A DNA stretch of 64,000 nucleotides from Candidatus Poribacteria bacterium. Lineage in GTDB: Bacteria > Poribacteria > WGA-4E > UBA9662. Shown one piece after another: positions 10,088-18,287 of the stretch. The stretch covers positions 33,525-97,524 of the forward strand of contig JAYZAL010000006.1 of assembly GCA_036339735.1 (NCBI GenBank), read 5' to 3'. The first letter of the stretch is position 1. Each line of letters starts with the position of its first letter. Below the pieces are notes generated by a model. The model was not told the DNA's origin and searched no databases. It was given only the letters and a program-made list of their open reading frames with translations. Position numbers and translations under genes: made by a program.

Positions 10088-10390
10088 TCAGCCTTTTAAG
10101 GTATCCGTATCGGTAGGGTTGATCGACTGGAATTCGTAATAAATAGACAAAATGATCGACAGAAAAACTGCAGCTTCTGCTGCGGCTAGTACGATACCGA
10201 ACAAAGCTACCATATGTCCTGTAATATCAGCCGTGATAAAGTGAGAGAAAGCTACAAAATTTAGGTTGCAAGAATTCAAAATCAACTCAACACCCATCAA
10301 GATGCTGATTGCATTCCGACGGGTCAGAACAGCGAAAACACCAAGAGAAAACAAAACAATAGAGATATATAAGTAGTGCTGAAGTTGCAT
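10088..10390 (-). CDS. nuoK: NADH-quinone oxidoreductase subunit K
   Basis: RRNAISILMGVELILN and AAAEAAV motifs; 100 aa. Confidence 0.95.
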   Translation of the reverse strand: MQLQHYLYISIVLFSLGVFAVLTRRNAISILMGVELILNSCNLNFVAFSHFITADITGHMVALFGIVLAAAEAAVFLSIILSIYYEFQSINPTDTDTLKG

Positions 10391-10392
10391 GT

Positions 10393-10899
10393 TTATTCTT
10401 TAATTTCCTTGCGTGTAATTAGAACGGCCCCAATCAGTGCGATCAGTAGAATAATGGAAGCGGCTTCAAAGGGAAGCAAGAAATCCCCCATTATTGCTTC
10501 TCCAATAAGCTTTGTGGTTCCTTCTCCAGCATCGAACGGTATTTGGCTAATTTCCCATTCGGTCTGATTAACAACTAATAGAAGAATCGCAAAAATTCCT
10601 GCAGATACAATACCTCCTAGAACGAGCTGTCCTCGTTCCGTTCTCAGATTCATATCTAATTTACCACTAGTCATCATTACACCAAACAAGACTAAAACTA
10701 ATATACCGCCAACATAGACGACAACTTGGGTTGCAGCTAAAAAATCTGCCTTCAGAAACACATACAGGGCTGCCACACAAAACAGCGTAATCATCAACCA
10801 AAAAGCTGCATGAACCAAATTACGAACAGTAACCACACAGACAGCGGATCCGATAGTTATCAGGAAGAAAAACCAAAAAAGCGTCTGGGTCCAATCCAT
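10393..10899 (-). CDS. nuoJ: NADH-quinone oxidoreductase subunit J
   Basis: QVVVYVGGILVL and LPFEAAS motifs. Confidence 0.95.
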   Translation of the reverse strand: MDWTQTLFWFFFLITIGSAVCVVTVRNLVHAAFWLMITLFCVAALYVFLKADFLAATQVVVYVGGILVLVLFGVMMTSGKLDMNLRTERGQLVLGGIVSAGIFAILLLVVNQTEWEISQIPFDAGEGTTKLIGEAIMGDFLLPFEAASIILLIALIGAVLITRKEIKE

Positions 10900-10951
10900 A
10901 TCTTTGTGATACCTTATTACTTTACGTTGATGTCAGTTATTCCACTTTATT

Positions 10952-11617
10952 TCATTTATAAAGGGACGGATCTGCGAACTTATAAATCAAATTTTCTCTA
11001 TCAAATTCAGAATACTCAACACCTTCTAAGTCATCTTTCATCGTCAAACACTCAGTTGGGCAAACTTCCGTACATAAACCGCAGAAGAGGCAGAGCGACA
11101 TATCAATATCAAATCGATCCATCAAAAGCGCAACTTTTTTACGGTCGACAATCCGATCAACTTTATCTCCGCCGATCTTTACGGTTGCACCAGCTGGAAT
11201 GTCCGGGTATGTTGTGCCTTCCGGGTTTATATGCTGAACGGTAAATTGCATATCAGCAGTTATTTCTTTTGGTGGCTTTTTGTCTAGGATACCAACAATT
11301 TTTGTCTGATCCTTTAAGTGAACAACATTCATTGTTTCCCAAGCTTTACCACCCTTCTCTTTTCTAGAATCAATGTAAATACAATCGACAGGACACGCCT
11401 GTGCACATTTTTTGCAAACTATACAATCTTCTACTCGATTGTGAAGTTGACCCCGAAAACCCACTGGGATCTCACGGATATTGTCATTTACTTCAAACTC
11501 GTGTTGGTAAGGATATTGATGTGTAACATTGGGTTTGAACAGTTGGCGCAACGTAATTACCATCCCAAGCAATACGGAGTACACCCCATTATAAATGTTG
11601 AGCATGTATTTGGACAC
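10952..11617 (-). CDS. nuoI: NADH-quinone oxidoreductase subunit I (2x[4Fe-4S]) with a large insertion
   Basis: CIVCKKCAQACP and CLFCGLCTEVCP; 'VTHQYP' N-terminal motif; position in operon. Confidence 0.88.
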   Translation of the reverse strand: MSKYMLNIYNGVYSVLLGMVITLRQLFKPNVTHQYPYQHEFEVNDNIREIPVGFRGQLHNRVEDCIVCKKCAQACPVDCIYIDSRKEKGGKAWETMNVVHLKDQTKIVGILDKKPPKEITADMQFTVQHINPEGTTYPDIPAGATVKIGGDKVDRIVDRKKVALLMDRFDIDMSLCLFCGLCTEVCPTECLTMKDDLEGVEYSEFDRENLIYKFADPSLYK

Positions 11618-11647
11618 AATGATATCCTTTCAGTCGGTTAATTTAAT

Positions 11648-12814
11648 CTAGTTATCTTTTGTAAAACGATATTCCAGTTCAGTTAACTGGCCGCTATCTA
11701 CGCTTACAATTTGATGTCGAGTACCCATTTTCTCATGCCAAAACTCAAGCTCGAATTGGCCATCAGGCAAGCCTGCAATTTCGAATTGACCATCTTCCTG
11801 AGTTACAGTAAAGAACGGATGATCAATAACATGCACCCAACACTTCATCCAAGGATGAATATCACATTTGACAAAAAATAATTCTTCCGCATCGTAAGTG
11901 CGATCAATGGGGTTTCCCCCAACATTGACTGCTTTGTTGAAGGCCGGATTAGCTTCAGATAACGTATGTACGTTGTGTGGGACAACATCGGAGTTTTTGT
12001 AGCTGATCGTTTGGCCTTTTTGAATAGCCAGAACATGTGGCTTGTAAACACACCCATATTGGTCAACTTCAGCGACGTCCGAGGGCGCAGTATAGCTAGC
12101 TGTCGTTGGTAAACCTCTTCGGATACGCACTAAAATGTTCGCGATAGAATTGTCATTACCCAGAACTAAAGTTTCCGACTTCGGGTTACCACCGTGGATA
12201 TCCAAACAACCGGGAGTAGATCCCATATCTACATCTTTAATCTTTGGTATTGGTCCATCCCACAATACTTTCCCTCGAATAATCCCACTACCATTATTTT
12301 GGGTTGCTGTAACCTGAAATACATCACCGTCATGAGCTTCACCGTCATGAGCTTCACCGTCATGAGCTTCACCGTGATAGCTAGATTCTTTTATTTTGGC
12401 GATAGCTTCCTCATTTGCTGCTTGTACTGCTAGCGACGGTTGGCCAAGTGTATCTGCTTCGCCAGTCAAGGTTAAAAAAATCATAATAGTAAAAAATAGG
12501 ACCGTTAGTCCTAAGAAACCATAGATAACTTTACGCTCATCGTTAAGGTGCATAAAAACCAAAGCCACTAATGATGCCTTGACCGAAGCAATCAGCAAAC
12601 CAAGAAATATAGCCACGGGAAAGGGAACATCCAAGTAGGATGCGGCTACCGTAAAAACGGTCAAGACTCCTAGTGCCAAAAAAACGAGTATATACGATTT
12701 AACATGTACATGGTCATGGACTTTTTCGTCAAGGAAAGCATTAATTGCCTCGTCCGTCATTTCCGGATGTTTCGCTTTCAAATAATCAAACTCTTCATTT
12801 CGGCTAGTGGTCAT
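11648..12814 (-). CDS. Fusion: cytochrome c oxidase subunit IV-like 3-TM domain, His-rich linker, and cupredoxin/carboxypeptidase-regulatory-like domain
   Basis: 'KASLVALVFMHL' Cox subunit IV signature; PHNVH...CDIHPWM type-1 Cu site. Start set at ATG 12814 (GGAGGG RBS; overlaps the nuoH stop). Confidence 0.75.
   Translation of the reverse strand: MTTSRNEEFDYLKAKHPEMTDEAINAFLDEKVHDHVHVKSYILVFLALGVLTVFTVAASYLDVPFPVAIFLGLLIASVKASLVALVFMHLNDERKVIYGFLGLTVLFFTIMIFLTLTGEADTLGQPSLAVQAANEEAIAKIKESSYHGEAHDGEAHDGEAHDGDVFQVTATQNNGSGIIRGKVLWDGPIPKIKDVDMGSTPGCLDIHGGNPKSETLVLGNDNSIANILVRIRRGLPTTASYTAPSDVAEVDQYGCVYKPHVLAIQKGQTISYKNSDVVPHNVHTLSEANPAFNKAVNVGGNPIDRTYDAEELFFVKCDIHPWMKCWVHVIDHPFFTVTQEDGQFEIAGLPDGQFELEFWHEKMGTRHQIVSVDSGQLTELEYRFTKDN
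12324..12375. repeat. 15-bp tandem repeat (about 3.5 copies) encoding (GEAHD)n on the minus strand
   Basis: TCACCGTCATGAGCT x3 plus TCACCGT. Confidence 0.9.
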
Positions 12815-14144
12815 GTTTATCCCTCCAAGAAGCCTCCAATTTCCGCAAATTGGTTGCACCAATGTTACCAGCCAAAACAGTCTGATCATGCGGCTTTAGC
12901 TTCCCAAAGCTGTTAAATACGATCCCGAGTAAGGAAATTACAAAGAGGCTAATAATCAGGAAACTAATTCCGATACTGAGTGTCGAATCGGTTCGGAAAA
13001 ATAGCCCCCAGATTCCAGTCCCTAAAATGTTAAAAAACGAAATCGGAATAAGATACTTCCAGCAAAGATTCATTAACTGATCAACCCGAAGACGTGGCAA
13101 GGTCCATCGAACCCACATCATTACAAAGACTAACAAGAATGTTTTACCTACAATAATGAATAAGCCTGGAACAAACTGATCTTCATCTATTATTCCCTGC
13201 CATCCTCCTAAAAATAAGGTGGCTGCAATAGCACAAACAGCAAACACGTTAGCATATTCAGCGATAAAGAAAACTGCGAAGCGCATACCACTATACTCTG
13301 TATGAAACCCCGCAACTAACTCGGACTCGGCTTCCGGCAAGTCGAAAGGCGTTCGATTGACTTCGGCAATCGCAGATAAAAAATAGACAAAAAATGCCAA
13401 AAAAGTGAAGGGAGACCGAAAAATCATCCAATCGAGAATGGATCCTTTTATCTCGATTCCGAGGAAAGTAGCAATGGCTTCTCCCCCCGAAAACACGCCA
13501 TTTTGAGCTGCAACAATGCCTTCCATACTCATAGTCTGTGTCATCATAATTACAGTCAAAATGGATAAACCAATTGGTATTTCATAACTAACCATCTGCG
13601 CTGCTGAGCGCATGGCGCCGAATAGAGACCACTTGCTGTTCGAAGCCCAACCGGCCATGATTACACCAATTGCAATGACAGAAGAAATAGAAATAACATA
13701 AAAAATGCCAATATTGAGGTCGCTAACGAGGACACTCTGGCTGAATGGGATAGCAGCAAATACAGCAAATGAACAAGCAAAAATCAGATAAGGAGCAAAG
13801 CGGAATAGAAGTTTGTCGGCTTGCGGCGGAATTAGGTCTTCCTTGAAAAGAAGCTTTACCCCATCTGCTAGCGTTTGCAATAATCCCCAAGGCCCTACTC
13901 TCATTGGGCCTGTTCGATCCTGAATCCATGCAGAAACTTTTCTTTCCATTAACACAAGGACTAAAGGTATGAGTGGCACCACGGCCACAAAAATTGCGGC
14001 CACAGCAGACATAACCAAGACAGGACCGAGCCAACTGGGCAAAAAACTGAGGCTATGGCTAGCAAAATCCTCAGCCCAATTACTATTTCCACTCTCAACT
14101 ACAGCTGACTCTATTGATATGAAATTTTTAGCTAATGCTACCAT
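12804..14144 (-). CDS. nuoH: NADH-quinone oxidoreductase subunit H
   Basis: ERKVSAWIQDRTGP, NRTPFDLPEAESELVAGFHTEYSG and RWTLPRLRVDQLM motifs. Confidence 0.96.
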   Translation of the reverse strand: MVALAKNFISIESAVVESGNSNWAEDFASHSLSFLPSWLGPVLVMSAVAAIFVAVVPLIPLVLVLMERKVSAWIQDRTGPMRVGPWGLLQTLADGVKLLFKEDLIPPQADKLLFRFAPYLIFACSFAVFAAIPFSQSVLVSDLNIGIFYVISISSVIAIGVIMAGWASNSKWSLFGAMRSAAQMVSYEIPIGLSILTVIMMTQTMSMEGIVAAQNGVFSGGEAIATFLGIEIKGSILDWMIFRSPFTFLAFFVYFLSAIAEVNRTPFDLPEAESELVAGFHTEYSGMRFAVFFIAEYANVFAVCAIAATLFLGGWQGIIDEDQFVPGLFIIVGKTFLLVFVMMWVRWTLPRLRVDQLMNLCWKYLIPISFFNILGTGIWGLFFRTDSTLSIGISFLIISLFVISLLGIVFNSFGKLKPHDQTVLAGNIGATNLRKLEASWRDKHDH

Positions 14145-14187
14145 TTGTATACTTTACTGAACTATAAATTAAATATTAAATTAGGAA

Positions 14188-15375
14188 CTATCGATCTACT
14201 TCACCCATGACAATATCAATGCTACCAATAATCGCAATGATATCCGCCAACATTAACCCCCGACTTAATTCTTGCAAGGCACTCAGTGCTGCGAAACAAG
14301 GCGATTTAACTTTGACGCGAACAGGTTTCACACTTCCATCGCTGATGATGTAGAAACCTAACTCCCCACGAGGTGCTTCACTACGTGAATAAACCGCACC
14401 AGCGGGCGGGCGAATTGCCTTCATATTGGCCATGATCGGACCTTCTGGCCACTCTTTATCCAGCAGTTGACGTAAAATCTTGATTGACTCCTTCATTTCG
14501 TCCATTCTTACCATATAACGGTTCCAGCAATCACCAAGAACAATACCTAGGTCAGGGATATCTTCGCCAATGGGAACATCAAAGTCGAACTGATCATATA
14601 TCGAGTAAGTTTCATCCTTTCTCAAATCCCACTTTCGCCCTGCACCTCTAAGATTTGGGCCACTTGCACCATAACTAATGACCATTTCTTCGTCCATCAC
14701 AGCTACACCTGCGGTCCGTTCGATGAAAATCTTATTGTTGGTCAAAAGTGCATTGTACTCATCTATCTTTGGCTCAAAATAATCCAAAAACTCGCTCACA
14801 TCATCCAAAAAGTCAGGAGGCAAATCTCGAGAAACACCTCCTACTCGGATGTAGTTGTAAGTCAGTCTAGCACCACATAATTTTTCAAAAAGAAAAAGGA
14901 TTTTTTCACGATCACGGAAAGCGTAGAGAAAAGGAGTAAATGCACCGATATCCATTCCATAGGTGCCAAAGGCAAGGAGATGGCTAGCAATACGATTTAG
15001 CTCACCAGCCAAAACACGGAGGTATTCAGCACGCTCGGGTACACCGTCGAATTTGCTTGGGTCTACAGACAGCATCTTTTCAACTGCCATACTGAAACCC
15101 CAATTCTGGTTCATAGCGGCAATATAATCGAGCCGGTCAGTAAAAGGAACAATTTGGTCGTAAGACAAATTCTCAGCATGTTTTTCAAAACACCGGTGAA
15201 GGTAGCCAATATGAGGAATCGCGTCTCGAACGACTTCCCCATCTAACCTCAGCTCTAATTTCAGCACACCATGCGTGCTAGGGTGCTGAGGCCCCATGCT
15301 AACGATCATTTCATCGGAAAAAGGCTTGAGTTCTACAAAACGAGTTTCTTCTGGGGCTGTGCTTTGGGCTAACAT
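14188..15375 (-). CDS. nuoD: NADH-quinone oxidoreductase subunit D
   Basis: MGPQHPSTHGVL, GYLHR and EAPRGELG motifs; C-terminal GEVDR. Confidence 0.96.
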   Translation of the reverse strand: MLAQSTAPEETRFVELKPFSDEMIVSMGPQHPSTHGVLKLELRLDGEVVRDAIPHIGYLHRCFEKHAENLSYDQIVPFTDRLDYIAAMNQNWGFSMAVEKMLSVDPSKFDGVPERAEYLRVLAGELNRIASHLLAFGTYGMDIGAFTPFLYAFRDREKILFLFEKLCGARLTYNYIRVGGVSRDLPPDFLDDVSEFLDYFEPKIDEYNALLTNNKIFIERTAGVAVMDEEMVISYGASGPNLRGAGRKWDLRKDETYSIYDQFDFDVPIGEDIPDLGIVLGDCWNRYMVRMDEMKESIKILRQLLDKEWPEGPIMANMKAIRPPAGAVYSRSEAPRGELGFYIISDGSVKPVRVKVKSPCFAALSALQELSRGLMLADIIAIIGSIDIVMGEVDR

Positions 15376-15401
15376 AGTGCGAACACCTCAAGTAAAGCTA
15401 T

Positions 15402-15887
15402 CTAGTAAGGGACTTTCATCCCACGATACATATCTGGTTCCTGGTAATCTTTACGCATAGGATAACCTTCCCAATCATCTGGCAACAAAATCCGCCTCAA
15501 ATCACTATGGTTATCAAAAACCACACCATACAAGTCATAGATTTCTCTCTCGTGCCAATTGGCTCCCTTCCATAAGTGTTCGACGGTGGAAAGGCGAGGA
15601 TCTTCCTTTGGAACAATTGCTTTTATGACTACCTGGTGAATATGAACCATCGATTGGAAGTGGTAAACGATTTCCATTGTGTCATCTTCTGAAGAATGAT
15701 CAACCCCACTTAAGCATGATAGAGAATCAAAAGCGAGATCTGGATCATGTCGTAGAAATTCACACACAGGGACTACTTTAGAAGAAGGTATAATAATAAA
15801 AGGTTCTAATGTACCTGTGCCGTCAAGAACAATACCATCAACACCAAATTTGTTCTGCAGGCGCTCTAAAACTTCATTCGTGGTCAC
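15402..15887 (-). CDS. nuoC: NADH-quinone oxidoreductase subunit C
   Basis: ANWHEREIYDLYG...LRRILLPDDWEGYPMRKDY. Confidence 0.95.
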   Translation of the reverse strand: MTTNEVLERLQNKFGVDGIVLDGTGTLEPFIIIPSSKVVPVCEFLRHDPDLAFDSLSCLSGVDHSSEDDTMEIVYHFQSMVHIHQVVIKAIVPKEDPRLSTVEHLWKGANWHEREIYDLYGVVFDNHSDLRRILLPDDWEGYPMRKDYQEPDMYRGMKVPY

Positions 15888-15897
15888 CGTATCACCT

Positions 15898-16443
15898 TCA
15901 GGCTGTATGCTTTTTTTGGAGAAGTTTGCGTAAGAATGGAACAGTGGGTGGACCTTCAGTGGTCTGAAGACGAATCTTTTCTTGTAGCTTAAGCAATCCC
16001 TCTATTACGGCCTCAGGACGTGGAGGACAACCAGGTACGTATACATCAACTGGTATTACTCTGTCGACACCCTTCAGCACATGATAGCCGTGTTGCCAGT
16101 ACGGTCCACCGCTAGTAGCACAACTACCCATTGAGATTACATACTTTGGTTCTGCCATTTGCTCGTAGAGCCGAATAACTCTAGTTGCCATCTTTAACGT
16201 AACAGTACCAGAAACAATGATCAGATCAGACTGGCGAGGGGTTGCACGTGGCACACCAGCTCCAAACCGATCGAGATCATAGTTAGAAGCAGCAGTTGCC
16301 ATAAATTCAATGGCGCAGCAGGCAAGCCCAAATGTCATCGGCCATAAAGCTGACGATCTTGCCCAATTGGCTACCGCATCTATAGAGGTAACAATTAAGT
16401 TCTTATCAAAATCTTCGTTGGACAAATTAGATATATCTTTCAT
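15898..16443 (-). CDS. nuoB: NADH-quinone oxidoreductase subunit B
   Basis: [15 protein letters not shown] and PGCPPRPE motifs. Confidence 0.96.
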   Translation of the reverse strand: MKDISNLSNEDFDKNLIVTSIDAVANWARSSALWPMTFGLACCAIEFMATAASNYDLDRFGAGVPRATPRQSDLIIVSGTVTLKMATRVIRLYEQMAEPKYVISMGSCATSGGPYWQHGYHVLKGVDRVIPVDVYVPGCPPRPEAVIEGLLKLQEKIRLQTTEGPPTVPFLRKLLQKKHTA

Positions 16444-16883
16444 GATTGTCTCTGAGCCTCCAGAGCCGAAGATGGTACGTTTTGATTTCCAAGATCATTA
16501 TTATCATTCGGAACAGATTGTATTTTGCGAACCCACTCTAGATCCCCCTTAGCCCAAACATAAGCTAGACCGACCAAAAGAATAAGAATAAAAATTAGCA
16601 TTTCAACAAAAGCTAACATTCCAATCTGGCGATAAACCACAGCCCAAGGGAAAAGAAAAACGGTTTCGACATCAAAAATCAAAAAAATCAGTGCGATGAC
16701 GTAAAAACGAGTATTGAACTTGATACGGGTATCCCCGATAGGTTCTTCTCCACACTCGTAGGCGATGGATTTCTCTTGGGTAAAGAGACGTGTCTGAGCA
16801 ACACTCGAGATGAGAATATTGAGCAAAATAAAAACAGTTCCAGCAACTAAGAAAACAAGTATATTGGCGAAGTCAAACAGCAT
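16440..16883 (-). CDS. nuoA: NADH-quinone oxidoreductase subunit A
   Basis: YECGEEP and [13 protein letters not shown] motifs. ATG 16883 chosen; TTG 16892 is an alternative. Confidence 0.93.
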   Translation of the reverse strand: MLFDFANILVFLVAGTVFILLNILISSVAQTRLFTQEKSIAYECGEEPIGDTRIKFNTRFYVIALIFLIFDVETVFLFPWAVVYRQIGMLAFVEMLIFILILLVGLAYVWAKGDLEWVRKIQSVPNDNNDLGNQNVPSSALEAQRQS

Positions 16884-16948
16884 GGAGCACAAACCTCAAT
16901 GAGTTATCCTAATCCGATTCATCGCGTAGGCCGCCCTGAATCCGGCAA

Positions 16949-16977
16949 ATTATAGCCCAAATCAGCTATCTTTGCAA
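16949..16977 (-). promoter_or_regulatory. Sigma70 promoter of the nuo operon
   Basis: TTGCAA, 17 bp spacer, TATAAT on the minus strand. Confidence 0.75.
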
Positions 16978-17006
16978 CCAGAAATATATTAGGAAGCATT
17001 ATTGAT

Positions 17007-18254
17007 TTAATCAAATTCACCACCACATTTCCTGCACAAAATGTAAAATTGTATATCTTCCTTCAGAGCATACTGGATCATTAGCTCAACAGCTTCATCT
17101 GGCAGATCTTCATCGCATTTGGGACAACGATAAAGAGAACGGTTATTGTCATAGGGTATCTGTTCAACTTTACCAGTAAAATCCTGCCAAAAAGTAAATT
17201 CCCAGGGCAACTCATTTTTTGTTTTAACAGAAATCTCATAGGCATGCCTAATAAAAGTCTGGCAGTCAGCGAAAGAGATAGTGGAAAAAAATTGATTAGT
17301 AAGTGCATTCAACATCAAAAAAGCCTGAAGTTCAACGAAGTGTGTCCATCGATTAACCGAATTTCCATCAGCCCAGCAACGAATATAGCGGGTCTCGATA
17401 GGATTGAAAACAAACGTTTTTCCGTCTCTGTTTTCTGCATACTCGCCATCATATTGGCTATCAAAAATAGTGATCTCTTCACCACTAAATTTATTTTCTA
17501 AAGAAACTGCAATCTTGTTATGATGATAAGTTCGACCATCAGCCCAGTAATGCCAAAGCTTGATAGTATTAATCAACATCGGTTGACCGAGGTCCACCGT
17601 TACCTGAGTAGCGTCAAGTAAATCTTCAGGTTTGGCGCTTTCACCTGTGTCGCCATCTGTCAAATTCCAGCGACCTGCATAGTCGCTATTGGTTTCAACC
17701 CGCTTGTTTAAGGCTAAATTTTCTGTTTTTAACCTGTTGTTCGTAAGTGGCTGGCCAAAATCATTTGAAGCCATATAGCCACTCAGGTATTGACTGTACA
17801 ACTCACTAATAGGTAGAGACAATTGGTAGGACTTTGCTACACTTTGGCAGCAACGATCCAATTCTGCAGAACTCAGGTTAGCGACGACAAAACAATCTCT
17901 GACACCTCGTTTCCAAAAATCAAGTAAGAGAAACATGGCACGTAAATTCCCATCAGGTCGACGACGAATGATCACCGCTATTCGAAGACCGGTATCTGTA
18001 GAATAACTAATTAAACAACTGTGGAGTGGGTAATCAGGAAATGGGCCAAATTTACTCTGTTTGATCAGAGGTTTGTAGTGTTTGCAGTTGGCATCACAAC
18101 CAGGGATTTTGGCCCGTTTGGCCTGACAACAACTAGGGCATATAATGACACCGTTTAGTGCAGGACAAATACGCTTGGCATTATCAGATCTACAGGTCCG
18201 GCAACGCTGTTTTTTTGGTCGTCTTCGGCGATACCCAAGCCTCAATCTTGCCAT
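17007..18254 (-). CDS. Hypothetical protein: N-terminal Cys-rich zinc finger, inserted discoidin (F5/8 type C-like) domain, C-terminal zinc ribbon
   Basis: CRTC/CPSCC/C/C cluster; NLALNK..VDLGQ..WHYWADGRTY..TRYIR..FVELQAF; CPKC...CRKC. Confidence 0.65.
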   Translation of the reverse strand: MARLRLGYRRRRPKKQRCRTCRSDNAKRICPALNGVIICPSCCQAKRAKIPGCDANCKHYKPLIKQSKFGPFPDYPLHSCLISYSTDTGLRIAVIIRRRPDGNLRAMFLLLDFWKRGVRDCFVVANLSSAELDRCCQSVAKSYQLSLPISELYSQYLSGYMASNDFGQPLTNNRLKTENLALNKRVETNSDYAGRWNLTDGDTGESAKPEDLLDATQVTVDLGQPMLINTIKLWHYWADGRTYHHNKIAVSLENKFSGEEITIFDSQYDGEYAENRDGKTFVFNPIETRYIRCWADGNSVNRWTHFVELQAFLMLNALTNQFFSTISFADCQTFIRHAYEISVKTKNELPWEFTFWQDFTGKVEQIPYDNNRSLYRCPKCDEDLPDEAVELMIQYALKEDIQFYILCRKCGGEFD

Positions 18255-18287
18255 AATAATTCCAGTAAAGTTTGATCAATCGCGTCC

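Noticed and set aside
10810-11641. Plus-strand ORFs of 144 and 107 aa, and the many other short antisense or nested ORFs in the track
   Set aside because: They are shadows of well-supported genes on the opposite strand or in another frame, with no RBS or motif support.
12324-12375. CRISPR-like repeat
   Set aside because: Head-to-tail 15-mers without spacers, in frame within a CDS, with no cas genes nearby.
12815-12889. N-terminal extension of the Cox4-cupredoxin ORF given in the ORF track
   Set aside because: It overlaps nuoH by 86 nt. ATG 12814 has a good GGAGGG RBS and fits translational coupling.
14188-16443. Group 4 [NiFe]-hydrogenase interpretation of the NuoEFG-less cluster
   Set aside because: The large subunit lacks the CxxC Ni-binding motifs and ends in GEVDR. 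NuoB has the adjacent CC typical of complex I.
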